Numbered from the stretch's first letter, positions 11,596 through 31,411 are shown. The stretch is 64,000 nucleotides of DNA from Octopus sinensis (GCF_006345805.1 NC_043009.1:22196001-22260000); one strand, 5' to 3'. Program-made: numbers and translations. The notes: a model not told the origin generated them from the sequence alone.

Positions 11596-13918
11596 GTTAA
11601 GTTAAGTTAAGTTAAGTTAATTTTTTGGCTCAAAAAGCAAAAAGCAAGGCCATGTAGGGGGACATGGAGTTATGTACAGGGAGGGTGTTCACGCAAAGAG
11701 TTCAGGCCATTTCTGGTCATGAGAGACTTTGAACCGAGCAGTCGTCGGCAGCTTCACTATCTCGTCGGGCAGCTTATTCCATGGATCCGCAACCCGGATG
11801 GAGAAAGCCCCTCTCCTTCTATTGAGATGAAATCGTCGCAGATAGAACTTTTTGGAGTGACCCCGCAGCCGACTCTCTGGAGCAGGAGTGAAGAACAGCT
11901 CTTTCGAGAGGTTACACTTTCCGCTTATGATGTTGTGAGCAAGAATGAGATCACCACGGCGTCAGCGTTTTTCTAGAGAAGAAAGGTCGAGCGTCTTCAG
12001 CCTTTCTTCATAATACAAATGCTTGAGACCAAGAACCATGCGGGTAGCCAACTTCTGGACTCTTTTGAGATGCTGTATGTCTTTGAGGAGATAAGGAGAA
12101 GAGGTTTGAATCCTGTACTCCAATATGGGTCTCACCAGTGTGAAATAGAGCGGTAGGAATATGGCTGCTGTGAGCATTCCGAATGACCGTCAAATCAAAA
12201 ACAGAACTTCACGTGCTTTTTTGGCTGCATGGATGCACTGGGCCGAAGGCGAAAAGGAAGAATCCACCAAGATACCCAGGTCCTATACCTGGTCGGTCCT
12301 CTCCAGCAGCAGACGACCCGGCTTGAAATCAAGTTGAGTTGCAGGAGAAGAGCCAACAGGCAGATGACAGTACTTTGACACGTTCAGACACAGGTCCCAT
12401 TCGTTAGACCATCTCCAAACTTGGTGGAGGCATCGACGAAGATCATCTATATCACCGCGAGGAGTGACCAGTTTGACATCATCGGCAAATAGAAGGGTGT
12501 GTTGTGTGAGGTCGTCGGGCAAGTCATTTATGAAGACTAAAAACAATAAGGGCCCAAGCACTGAAACTTGAGGCACGCCACTGCTCGCACTGGAGACATT
12601 GGACAGCGAACCATTAACTTGGACTTGGAAGGAGCGATCTGAGAGGAAGGCACCAACCCATCGTACAATATCCGGATGAAAACAAACAAATGCTTGAAGC
12701 TTGACAAGTAATAGGCGGTGGTTTACCAAGTCAAAAGCTTTGGCAAAGTCCAATAAAACGATGTCAACAGCATCACCATCATCCAGGATACGCGTCACCA
12801 ATTCTTCCATTACCAGTAAGTTGGTCGAGCATGATCTCTTCGGCATGAAGCCGTGTTGGGAATCAGAGATAGAGGCTATGTTCTGGAGGTGGAGCAACAT
12901 ACTTCTCTTAAGGATGGTTTCGAACATCTTGCTGATTATTGAAGTAAGGGAAACCGGTCGGTAGTTAGCGGGTCTTTGCGGCGGCTCCCTTCTTGAAAAT
13001 TGGGCAGATTATCGCTGTTTCTCAGTCTGCAGGAGGTATAACACCCGTCGCCAATGACATATTGAATAGAAGTGCTAAAGGCTCGCAGATGACCGGAGCC
13101 AAAGCTTTGATAACCTGTGGGTGTATGCCGTCAGGGTCGTGACCCTTCTTGACATCGAGGCCTTGAATAACGCGTTCGACTTCGTCCTGAGTGATGACCA
13201 ATCTAGGCATTGGAGGTACCGATCTATCAAATGGAGGGGATTCACGACCATCATCTTGTTTGAAAATTGTTGGAAAAGCCTCAGCAAATAACTGACTTTG
13301 CTGATAAGGGTCCTCAATTGATACGCCTGTTGAGTCTACCAACATTGCAATTTGGTTGTTCAAGTGGGAATTCCATTGGACATGGGCGAAGAAGGTTTTT
13401 GAATTGCAACTGGCGTTTGCCGCGATTCTGTATTCATTTCTGAAGCGTTCTTCCTTTTCAATTTTCATGGCTCGGTCTCGTTGAGTTTTGTACACCTCAA
13501 AAGCTGCAGTCGAATCTAGATTTTTGAATTCAGCCCAAGCAATATCTCTGAGTCGAAGTTCTCGTTTAACCTTCTTTGTCACCCAGGGCTTGTGTTTCTT
13601 CTTCTTGGGAAGCCCAATGGGAACTGCTTGGTCAGTCAACCAGATTACATATGCTTTGCGGAACGACCATAGTTCATCAACTGAGGACATCGTCATCAGG
13701 GATCGCCAGTCCAGAAGCGCGGAAGCCTCGGTTAGAATTTCAAGATTGATTACAGAGAAGACTCTATGTGGCAGCGAAGTAGTTGTGGGCATAGAAAAAG
13801 TTGTGTGCATGTCAAACTTCAGGACCATGTGATCACTCTTGGCAAGAGGGGCGCACACAGATAAGCCTGACACTGATCTTGGATAGCGGGAGAATACCAG
13901 ATCCAGCATAGATGGCTG
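11596..13918 (-). mobile_element. 5'-truncated CR1/L2-group LINE (APE C-term + RT), degraded
   Basis: LDLVFS, SDH, YRPVSLTS, DFAKAFD, GVPQxSVLGPLLF, LFADD, KRVQKLATRM; (TTAAC)n 3' tail at 11596-11620. Confidence 0.9.
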
Positions 13919-14720
13919 CTACAGTCAGCCCTTAAGGGTTAGCCACATTTAAGTGGCAAATATAATTCACAATATCATCATCATCATCATCATCGTTTAA
14001 CGTCCGCTTTCCGCGCTAGCACGGGTTGGACGGTTTGACCGGGTCTGGGAAGCCAGGGGCCGCACCAGGCTCCAGTCTGAATCTGGCAGAGTTTCTACGG
14101 CTGGATGCCCTTCCTAACGCCAACCACTCCGTGAGTGGATTGGGTGCTTTTTACGTGCCACCTGCACAGGGGCCGGAGGGTCCGGCATCGTCATGATCGG
14201 TTCGAGCATTTTAACGTGTCAGCGGCACGGGGGCAACGAGTGTCCGGGGTACTTTGGGGATCCGGGGTACTTAGAATGGGTAGGGGGTATGTGGAATTGC
14301 TGCAGAAAGCAGCCGGGTCTTGTAGTCACAGCATTTATCGTCACTGAGTAACGTAATTAGGTAGAGGAAAGAAATACAGATATTCTAGAGTTGAGTTGGG
14401 GAGGGGGGGGTCCAGTTGAGGCGGGTAATATAGGGGAGCAACCAGTGGGGAAGGTTGGGGTAAGGAGGAACGATGGCAGGAAGGGGTTGGTGAAGGTTCC
14501 TAAGAATAAAACGTAGGATATTACGGGCGGGAGGGTACTAAAGGGGATGGTCGGAATGAGGCAGTGTCAGGAGGAAGCGTAAGATCGGTGGGCAGTTGAT
14601 GAGCTATGGCGCTAGCAGCTTGTCTTTCACAGTGAAAGCATAGAGGAGAAGGTAGTGGGGGGGAGGGGGAGGGAGTAGGGCGTACCGGTGTAGATGAGTA
14701 AGGCGTATCCGGTGTAGATG

Positions 14721-14890
14721 GTGAGAACAGGGGATACTGGTATTGGTGGTGGGGGTTGAGAACAGTGTTCACCGGTATTGGTGGTGGTGAGAACAGAGTT
14801 CACGGTATTGGTGGTGGGGGTGAGAACAGTGTTCATCGGTATTGGTGGTGGGGGTGAGAACAGTGTTCATCGGTATTGGTGGTGGGGGTG
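14721..14890. repeat. About 35-bp GC-rich tandem repeat, about 5 copies
   Basis: gtgagaacagtgttcatcggtattggtggtggggg repeated. Confidence 0.85.
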
Positions 14891-16261
14891 GGGGGGCGGG
14901 CGCACCGCCAATGGCGGAAAGATGGGAAGAGATGGGATTACGGCTTGAGGTAGCCTAAGGTTAAATTTTGTAGAGAGAGAGATAGGAAAGATAAATCAAG
15001 TTATGGCGAAGGCTTGAAAGTAGCCTAAAAGGTTAAATTTTCGTAACAATGTATGAATAAACGTAGTAACAACGAATAAAAATAGTAAGATAAATTTTTA
15101 AATTTTAAAAAAAAAATAAATGCGCCCTTTTAAGGCCTAGCCAGGCTCATGGGCCTGGTTTCCTGGTTTCAATGGCGTATGTGTTCCCCAGCTGGACAGG
15201 ATGCCAGTCCTTCGCAGCATTACTCATTTTTGCCAGCTTAGTGGACTGGAGCAATGTGAAATGAAGTGTTTTGCTCAATAACACAGCACATCACCCGGTT
15301 CAGAAATCGAAACCACAATCTTACGATCATGATGCTGACACCCTAACCACTAAACCATGCACCTCTACACAATATATATATATATATTCTTTTCTACTCT
15401 AGGCACAAGGCCCGAAATTTTGGGGGAGTGGGGCCAGTCGATTAGATCGACCCCAGTATGCAATTGGTACATGTTATTGACCCCGAAAGGATGAAAGGCA
15501 AAGTCAACCTCAGCGGAATTTGAACTCAGAACGTAAAGACAGATGAAATACTGCTAAGCATTTCACCCAGCATGCTTACTTTTCTGCCAGCTCACCGCCT
15601 TATATACATACATATATATGATATGCATGCACGCTCGATTTACTTCATTCACAAGTAGGTTCCATCTGAATAGCTTCCCCACTGAGGGGTGTAAAATAAT
15701 GAATACAGCAAAATAATGGAGAAGTCTCAATGGCTTGTAGTGCTTCAAAACAACCAAACTCTTGCTTGACGAACCACGATAGAAATTTGCTGCTGCTCCT
15801 TAGGATAGTGTGTGTGAGAGCATACACTTACGTACAGAATGAGAGAGATGTGTTTATGGATGTACTAGAAACAGCATTATTATTATTGTGCCACTGAGTT
15901 CAACTTTGTCTTTCATACTTTCAGGGTCGATAAATTAAGTGAAGTACTGGGGTTGATGTAATCGACTGTCCCCCTTCCCCCGAATTTCAAGCCTTGTGCC
16001 TATAGTAGAAAGGATTATTATTATTGTTGTTGTTGCTGTTGTTAACGCAATGAGCTGGCAGAATCATTAGCATGCTGGGCAAAATGCTTAGTGGCATTTT
16101 GTTCTTCTGCCTGTTCTGAGTTCAAATTCAACCAAGATCGACTTTGCTTTTCATCCTTTCAAAGTTGATACATTAAGTACCAGTCAAATACTGGGGTCGA
16201 TGTAATCAACTACTCCCCTCCTCCAAAATTTCAGGCCTTGTGTCTTCACCAGAAAGGTTTA

Positions 16262-16640
16262 TTATTATTATTATTATTATTATTGCCTTTGCACAGCTTC
16301 TAATGCTGGAGATGTACTACATTGTCAGCTGTTCACTACCAGTGAACTAAGGTAACACTTCTTATTTTTCGAGTATTTGAGCGGTTCCAAGCTGTGCTGT
16401 TTTCTGCGAGTGCTCCACCTTTATTGCAGCCCCCTTTTGTTCCATGTACTTCTCGAGATTTTTGCTAACTGTTCCCAGGACTCTGACAATTATTGCTACT
16501 ACTGCTACCTTTTTCATCGACCACAACTGCTTAACTTCCCAAGCTAACCTGTCATATCTCTCGAATTTTCTTTCTTCCTTATCGCATACCTTGTTGTTGT
16601 TGTTGCCATTATAAAATAATCTAAAAATATCTTTGATACT
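16262..16640 (-). mobile_element. 3' end of an RLE-type (R4/Dong/NeSL-like) non-LTR element
   Basis: EERKFERYDRLAWEVKQLWSMKKVAVVAIIV..LGTV..QKTAQLGTAQIL is the typical post-nuclease C-terminus; short 3'UTR then (AAT)n tail. Confidence 0.75.
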
Positions 16641-16664
16641 CATTTTTGTATCCACATAAGTACT

Positions 16665-16887
16665 TTAACCTTTTTGTTACCAACCTGGCTGAAACTGGCT
16701 CTGTCGCACAAATGTCTTGTTTTCATAAGTTTTTAATCAAAATCTTCGACCAAACCTAAGTCACAATTTATGTTCCTAACACTAGCTGAATGATAACTAA
16801 GTTATTTTACTAAATTCTTTGTTATTTCTAAAATGATTGAGAGTAACACAGAGTATCTCAAAATAAATACAGTAACAAAAGGGTGAA
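16665..16887. mobile_element. piggyBac-like MITE (second copy 48133-48345)
   Basis: TTAA + CC(C)TTTTGTTAC ... GTAAC(A/G)AAAGGG termini; two roughly 215-bp copies align along their length. Confidence 0.7.
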
Positions 16888-18341
16888 GGGCATCATATGC
16901 TCCATACACGCTCTTTTTCCCTAAATGGCTTCAGATGAAAGGATATAACTTGTGTCAGTAACCTGCGAGATTAAAAATGAAGTGGGATAAATTTGCTGAC
17001 GAATAAAGATACCATTGTCATCATCACTGGCAATGTTGCTTTTGTGATTGTAATCTTTTGACATTACCCTTTTTTTCTGCTGATCAGCCTAATTATGTAA
17101 TACTCCCTTGTTATTAATTCCTTCTTGATATCATGGCTGTGTGGTATGAAACTTGCTTCTCAGCCACTAGGTTTCAGGTTCAGTTCCACTACATGGCACT
17201 TTGGACAGTTGACTACAGTTATAACCCCAGGCCAACCAAATTCTTGTGAGTGGATTTGGTTGTGAGAAACTGAAAGAAGCTTGTCATATAGATGTGTGTG
17301 TCTTTGTATTTGTCTCCCACTACTGCTTGCCAACCTGTGTTCTAACAACAACAATAATAAAACCATTCTATATATTTAAAACAAATGTGGCTGTGTGGTA
17401 AGTATCTTGCTTACCAACCACATGGTTCCAGGTTCAGTCTCACTGCATGGCACCTTCGGCAAGTGTCTACTACTATAGCCTCAGGCCGACCGAAGCCTTG
17501 TGAGGGGATTGGTTGACAGAAACTGAAAGAAACCTGTCGTATATATACATAGATATATATGTTTGTGTGTCTGTGTTTGTCCCCCCACCATCGCTTGACA
17601 ACTGATGCTGGTGTGTTTATGTCCCTGTAACTTAGCGGTTCAGCAAAAGAGACCTATAGAATAAGTACCAGACTTACAAAGAATAAGTCTTGGGGTCAAT
17701 TTGTTCGACTAAAGGCGGTGCTCCTGCATGGCCACAGTCAAATGACTGAAACAAATAGCAGAGTCAAAACAGTATATATATATATAAACATAAAATCAAT
17801 TATGTTTCAATATATTTAATCAGAACTTCTAGATACTTCCTTAAGACTAATAACCCGAACAGAATTAGGTCAACCTGGATCTCTCCTTCATGTGTTGGTT
17901 TGTTTATATCCCCCCTTACCTTAGTGGTTTGGTAAAAGAATGAGTGTCGCTGTAATGCAAGCAGTGTTCTTCATTTCTAGTTTTCTGCAAAAGACCTGTC
18001 TGGCTATGGGGAAATATTACCTTGCTTGAAGATGGGAAAGGTTTATGCCAGGAAGAGCATCTCACTGTAGGAAATCTGCTTCAATAAGCTCCATCCGACC
18101 CATGCAAGCATGGGAAAGTGTACACAAAAGTAATGATGATGTATACATATCTATCTATCCATCTATCTATCTATGTGTATGTCTGTCTGTCCTGTCCTCT
18201 TTTACAGACATTTCACCATTGTGGTTGCTTAGAATCATACACTTGGTGTTCCAAGGACATTTGGATGCTTAGCTCTTAACACAACAGTAGCAGCCATATG
18301 TCTATTTCTACACCAAGATACAATGTATATATGATATATAG

Positions 18342-24992
<6,651 letters not shown>

Positions 24993-24994
24993 GT

Positions 24995-25410
24995 AGTTGT
25001 GATACCCATGCTGGTGGCATGTTGGGCCTCACAGAGGCAATGACGAAAGACCGAGACCTATGAGATATGCTATGACTGCGAAGACCCGACAAATGAAGTG
25101 AGTTCATGACTCGCAGGATGGCCTGCTGTGCTAACCTTGGATCGTAGGGTGACCCACTGTGCTTGAGTACATCAACATCAAAAATTAAAATCAAATGGAA
25201 ATTGTAGTTGTGATACCCATGCCAGTGGTATGTAAAAAGCACCCACTACACTCACGGAGTGGTTGGCATTATGAAGGGCATCCAGCTGTAGAAACACTGC
25301 CAGATCAGACTGGAGCCTGGTGCAGCCTCCTGGCTTCCCAGACCCCGGTCGAACTGTCCAACCCATGCTAGCATGGAAAACAGACGTTAAACAATGATGA
25401 TGATGATGTC
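24995..25410 (+). mobile_element. RTE 3' end fragment
   Basis: LTEAMTKDRD..YAMTAKTRQMK* then aaaaagcacc..ggcatccagc..(ATG)n tail. Confidence 0.8.
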
Positions 25411-25465
25411 TGACTGTCCATCTGAGCAATTAAGATAACTACAAGTTTATATTATTAGTTACTAC

Positions 25466-25805
25466 AGGCATAAAGGCATATGGCTCAGTGGTTAGAGCAT
25501 CAGGCTCATAATCATGAGGTAGCAAGTTTAATTCCCAGACCAGGCTGTGTGTTGTGTTCTTCAGCAAAACACTTTATTTCATGTGACTCCAGTTCCCTCA
25601 GCTGTAGAAATGAGTTATGATGTCACTGGGGCCAAGCTGTATCAGCCTTTCCCTTGGATAATATCAGTGGCAAGCAGAGAGGAGGCTGGTATGCATGGGC
25701 GACAGCTGGTCTTCCATAAACAACCTTGCCCAGACTTGTGCCTCAGAGGGGAATTTGTGTAGGTGCAATCTGATGGTCGTTCATGACCGAAGGCAGTCTT
25801 TACCC
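25466..25805 (+). mobile_element. tRNA-derived SINE family C; others near 15110-15375(-), 34620-34945(-), 42484-42800(+), 54770-54980(-)
   Basis: A-box tggctcagtggt, B-like gtttaattccc, core caaaacactttatttca..ctccagt..cagctgtagaaatgagt. Confidence 0.75.
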
Positions 25806-25954
25806 ATTTAGAGACATTTCACCATTATGGTTGCTTGGAACCCTACACTGGGTGTTTCAAGGACGTTTGGATGCTTAGCTCTTAACACAACAGCAGCAGC
25901 CATACATCTATTTGTACACCAAGATACAATGTATATACGGTATATAAGGCTCTC

Positions 25955-26243
25955 GAGGTTACCGCGGTCTTTTCCATAGTCTTTTCTTCCCACGAATAAA
26001 CCTTATCTGCTTCCCCTTTACACCTTACATCATGACACTGTGATACACGATCCCTATTGATCGTTTTTTTTTTACTTGTTTCTTTTCCTTTTTTTTTTCT
26101 TCTTTCTGCTTTCCCTTTTACGATCCCTTTTGATCGAAAACCTACCCCACCTTTATATTTTTTTTCTCTTCCCCAAAAAGAAAAGCTCTACTTTGTAATC
26201 TGTCCCGTCTGTGTGCAGCCCTGTGTGGCTAATAAAGAAACAT
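25955..26243 (+). mobile_element. 3'UTR-only copy of the same Tx1 family
   Basis: Aligns to 24525-24755 (cttttcttcccacg, gtgatacacgat, cgatcccttttgatcg, aagaaaagctct, cagccctgtgtggctaataaa). Confidence 0.85.
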
Positions 26244-26346
26244 ATCTATCGACACACATACAACAGAAATCTGGAAAAATGTTTTTGCTTCAAGAGAACA
26301 CACGATTTGGATTTTTTTCCCTACCTACATAATAAATCAATAAATA

Positions 26347-26406
<60 letters not shown>

Positions 26407-26556
26407 GCACGCTCATACATACACATAAGGTTCTCGCTTGCATTGATTGGATTTATTTATCAAATATCATCTTCTGATCAGTATCAAAGCTTGTAGATGA
26501 TATTGCTAATGAGCAGCTGAGCAGCTTGTATGGATCAAAAATTGTCAGTCATTGTG

Positions 26557-26700
26557 CTCTCTCCTTCTTCTCTCTCTCCCTCTTCTCTCTCTCTCCCTCT
26601 TCTCTCTCTCTCTCCTTCTCTCTCTCTCCCTCTTCTCTCTCTCTCTCCCTCCCTCTTCTCTCTCTCTCCTTCTCTCTCTCTCTCCTCTCTCTCTCTCTCA
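26557..26700. repeat. Polypyrimidine (CT)-rich tract
   Basis: About 140 bp of only C/T. Confidence 0.95.
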
Positions 26701-27178
26701 CACACTGTAGAGTCACAAGGTTGTTTGTTTTTCCAATTATGTCTGTTTACAAAACAAGTTTGCAAGCAAAATAAAGAGTGCATCGTTTTTATGCCCTTTT
26801 ATTTGTTTCAGTTATTGGGCTGTGGCCAAGCTGGGGCAACACCTAGAAGAGTTTAATCAATCAAACCAACCCAGCAACTTTTTTTTTTTTACAACTGGTA
26901 CTTATTCTATCAGTACCTTTTGCCCAACCTCTAAGTTATAGAGATGTAAGCAAGTCAACATTAATTGTGGGGGAGGGAGAATGCTAAACACACACACACA
27001 GATGTGGCTGTGTGGTAAGAAGCCTGCTTCCCAACTACATGGTTCCAGGTTCAGTCCCACTGCATGGCATCTGGGCCAATCAAAGCCTTGTGAGTGGGTT
27101 TGGTAGACAGAAACTGAAAGAAAACCATCTTTTATATATATATATATATATATGGGTAGGTGTGTGTGTGGGGAGTCT

Positions 27179-27278
27179 NNNNNNNNNNNNNNNNNNNNNN
27201 NNNNNNNNNNNNNNNNNNNNNNNNNNNNNNNNNNNNNNNNNNNNNNNNNNNNNNNNNNNNNNNNNNNNNNNNNNNNNN
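27179..27278. other. Assembly gap of 100 N (probably unknown size)
   Basis: Exactly 100 N flanked by microsatellite-rich sequence. Confidence 0.98.
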
Positions 27279-27319
27279 ATATATATATGTATGTAAATAT
27301 ATATATATATATATACATA

Positions 27320-27577
27320 CAGCTTTCAACAAACTGCAAGAAAACTAAGAGATCTGCATGATGCGGATGTGGACATTTTCAAAAAAATCTAGACAAGCTG
27401 CTTTCCGGGATCCCAGATGAACCCACTGCAAGGTACGAGGGTAACCTAGGGCAGCAGCTAAAAACTCTCTCTTAGATCAGTGGCCAGCCACGGCAATCTG
27501 GACTAGAGAGGGTAGCAACAAGGGCGGTGCCCCAGCATGGCTAGCCGGATGGCTGAAACAAGTAAAGAGTAAGAGTA
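27320..27577 (+). mobile_element. 3' end of a CR1-group LINE
   Basis: With one frameshift reads ..RKLRDLHDADVDIFKK/NLDKLLSGIPDEP, a CR1-group C-terminal motif; tail gtaaagagtaagag. Confidence 0.65.
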
Positions 27578-27579
27578 TG

Positions 27580-28678
27580 TATTATATATATGTATGTATA
27601 TATATATATATATGTAAATATATATGTATGTATGTATATATATGTATGTATGTATATATATGTATGTATGTATATATATGTATGTATGTATATATATGTA
27701 TGTATGTATGTATATATATATGTAATATATATATGTATGTATGTATATATATGTATGTATGTATATATATGTATGTATGTATGTATATATATGTATATAT
27801 ATATGTATGTATGTATATATGTATATATATGTATGTATATATGTATATATATGTATGTATATATATATGTATGTATATATATATATATATGTATGTATAT
27901 ATATATATATATGTATGTATATATATATATCATCATCATCATTTAGCGTCCGTTCTCCATGCTAGCATGGGTTGGACGGTTCAACTGGGGTCTGTGAAGC
28001 TGGAAGGCTTCATCAGGCCAGTCAGATCTGGCAGTGTTTCTACGGCTGGATTGCCCTTCCTAACCGCCAACCTCTGTGAGTAGTGGGTGCTTTTTACGTG
28101 CCACCCCCACAGGTGCAAGACAGAGCTGGCAAACGGCCATGAACGGATGATGCTTTTACGTGTCACCGGCACGGGGCCAGGCGAGGCTGGCAACGGACAC
28201 GACCGTAGGTATGTATGTATATATATATGTATGTATGTATATATATGTATGTATGTATATATATGTATGTATATATGTATGTATGTATATATATGTATGT
28301 ATGTATATATATGTATATATGTATATATGTATATATATATGTATATATATATGTATATATATATGTATATATGTATATATATATGTATATATATATGTAT
28401 GTATATATATATATCTATATGTATGCATATATATATATATGTATGTATATATATATATGTATGTATATATATATATATATGTATGTATATATATATATGT
28501 ATGTATATATATATATGTATGTATATGTATGTATATATATGTATATATATGTATATATGTATGTATATATGTATGTATATATATATGTATGTATATATAT
28601 ATATGTATGTATATGTATATATATATATATGTATGTATATGTATGTATATATATATGTATGTATATGTATGTATATAT

Positions 28679-28712
<34 letters not shown>

Positions 28713-29090
28713 GTATATATATATGTATGTATATATGTATGTATGTATATATGTATGTATATATATATGTATGTATGTATATATGTATTTATATGTGTGT
28801 ATATATGTATGTATATATATATGTATATATATATATGTATGTATGTATATATGTATGTATATATATATGTATGTATGTATGTATATATGTATGTATATAT
28901 ATATATGTATGTATGTATATATGTATGTATATATGTATGTATACATGTATGTATATATGTATGTATCAATGTATATATGTATGTATATATGTATGTATAT
29001 ATGTATGTATATATGTATGTATATATGAATGTATATATGTATGTATATATGTATATATATATGTATATATATATAGATATTTATATATAT
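27580..29090. repeat. Long (TA)/(TATG) compound microsatellite, interrupted by the RTE fragment at 27931-28208
   Basis: Directly visible. Confidence 0.97.
27931..28208 (-). mobile_element. RTE 3'UTR fragment, same subfamily as 36579-39271
   Basis: Shares gtctgtgaagctggaaggcttcatcagg and the GC-rich units with 36580-36860. Confidence 0.85.
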
Positions 29091-29309
29091 ATTCAACATC
29101 TTACATGTGGCAATCTATGTTCTTATGTAAATTTGTTGGAGAGAGTGACCTAATGTGCAGCACAAACATTTGATCACTACAAACAAATCATCTGTGCAGG
29201 TTGTTATATATGAATTTGCAGAATCCTCATCTGTCGTTCACCACAGGAGAGTGCACCATATATATCAAGCTCGAATGGTGCCTTTTTTTTTTTTTTTAAC
29301 ATGCCACCA

Positions 29310-29598
29310 GCACAGGCTGCCTGACTGGCTCCCATGCTGGTGACACATAAAAAGCACCATTCTAACATGGTTGATGCCAGTGGCAATTTGAAAAGGTAAA
29401 CTGATTGTTGTTGTTGCTGCTATTGATGTTATTGCTGCTGCTGGAGTGGTTGGCATTAGGAAGGGCATCCAGCTGTAGAAACTTTGCCAGATCAGATTGG
29501 AGCCTGGTTCAGCCTTCTGGCTTGCCAGCCCTCTGTCAAACCATTCAACCCATGCCAGCATGGAAAGTGGACGTTAAACGACGATGATGATGATGATG
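29310..29598 (+). mobile_element. RTE-tail element (SINE-like); related tails near 1990-2135, 17990-18140, 43130-43328, 45868-45978
   Basis: aaaagcacc..ggcattaggaagggcatccagc..ggacgttaaacgatgatgat. Confidence 0.75.
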
Positions 29599-30784
29599 AT
29601 ATATATATAGTTTATTTTTAAAAGGTTTTAGAAATCACATGAAAAGAAGGATAACAATTATAACAAAAAAATGTTTCCTTCTTGTACTTTTTGAATCAAT
29701 GTTATATATATTATGTAAGGTAGACTTGTTTACCTATATAAAGATTATTCCTATCTGAACCTGTTGAATGCCTTTGCAATCATCTTTTAGAGACTGGCAG
29801 GTGTTTTTCTATTAATGGATTTTTACATGAATGGACTCAGCCTAACTTTTCTAGTCTAAGGAAACATAGATTACATATTTTGAACATCTGCTTCTTCAAT
29901 AAATTTTCCTAACTCTAATCTAAATACGAGGCAAATATGTAATATTTTTTAACTATATAACACAGTAGCACTGGCGAGGTAGGAGTATCATTGGCATGAG
30001 CATCATCAATATAGTGTTCAACGAGCTAAATTATGGTGTTCAGTAAAACTTGTTTCTATTCTGAATTCATATCTTACTCCACTCTATTTTGCCTTTTTAT
30101 TCTTCTAAGATCAATAAAATAAGACACTGAATAAAAAACAATTCATTTTGAACTATGACTGACAGTTAAAGTTCAAGTTTCTTTACTTGTTTTTTGACAT
30201 GTAATTTCAAATTGATAGAAACTGAAGTATTTTGATAAATCCAAATTAATATGGGGTGAGTCTTGTCTAAAATTTAAAAGCATTTAAATTGAAAAAAAAA
30301 TATTTCAACGATTAGAAATTTAATTGTTAACTGAAATTCAAATCTATAAAGTACTTTTTTTTTAAACCAAATTTTGACAGTTTGAACTTAAATGTCAAAT
30401 ACTTATAAATCTCTAATTTCAGGTTTATGAAAGTACCTCAGTTTTAGCAGTATGAAATTTCTCAACCCAAAACTAAATTGAAATTCCTATCCTAGCTATC
30501 CACAAAGTCTTTCTTCACTAAGTTGAAATAGGGACGGCTTAATGAAGTTAAAGTTGTTGTAAGAAGAGCAAGGGAAGAACTAGACAAAGTGTTTATTATG
30601 GATTCTGTGTTGGGTATTGCTGAAATTCTATGGAGTGGTTTTGGAATGAAAGAGAAATGCATTATAGTTGTGGAGAGGTGTACAGTTAACACCCTTCAGA
30701 GTAGCAGAAACTGCTGTAGTTACAGTGAGAAAGTCAGAGGGAATGAAATTAGATAGTTGGTTAATGAATGTAGCATTGTTGAGT

Positions 30785-31013
30785 TTAACCCTTTTACATT
30801 TAAACCAGCCATATCAGGTCCAAATATTCTTCATGCTTTATGTTCAAATAGGGCAGATCTGGTCTCTCACACCTACCTTACAATGTCATTCTGAAAAATA
30901 AAGAATCACATTATTGAACTCTCAAAGCTATGAGATCATACATGATTAGTTTAAAACAACGTGACTGAATAAGCATTACATTTGATTAAGTTATCTGAAT
31001 GCTAAAGGATTAA
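30785..31013. mobile_element. piggyBac-like MITE, second family (partial copy near 53135-53225)
   Basis: ttaaccctttt ... gctaaaggattaa termini with TTAA. Confidence 0.6.
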
Positions 31014-31411
31014 AGGCTTATTTATCAGGTGGACAGTTCTGTGTGAGGTTTATTGAATCTTCCATACAAGATAGGTGAGTTGTGCCCCATTGGAAGTTAA
31101 TTTTGTGCTTTGTATGTTGCTTAACAAATGTTCAAAAGCAAAACTTTTTCTGGCATTGAAGACAAAAGCCAGCTTTCACAATGTAGTCTTGGCAATGTGA
31201 ATAATATATTGTATGGTTGACATGAAAAATTAGAGATGGCAAGGCTTTACAGTTGTAGGGAATATAATGAATATAGTTGTGGTTTATTTATGAACTATAA
31301 GACTCTAATACTGTGAACTGTATCAGAAATGTTCCTCCAGAATATTTCTCTGTCAACAGTTGAAATGCATTTTTTTATTTTGAAATATATTTGTTTATAT
31401 CTTTACTACAG

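Larger units (their letters stand above)
11232..13972. mobile_element. Inverted-repeat (foldback) element split by the CR1 LINE
   Basis: Left arm 11232-11352 is the reverse complement of 11536-11595 joined to 13919-13972; hammerhead in the spacer. Confidence 0.7.

Noticed and set aside
25470-25545. tRNA genes at SINE heads (also 3352-3420)
   Set aside because: A/B boxes are present but there is no complete cloverleaf, and they continue into SINE bodies
27541-29173. Long Y/I/H/T or M/Y/V/C ORFs (also 915-1212, 18298-18747, 24606-24950, 26526-26856)
   Set aside because: Translations of microsatellites
31029-31074. AG...GTGAGT-bounded segment as the missing upstream NFXL1 exon
   Set aside because: 46 bp, and no Cys-rich NFXL1-like translation in any frame
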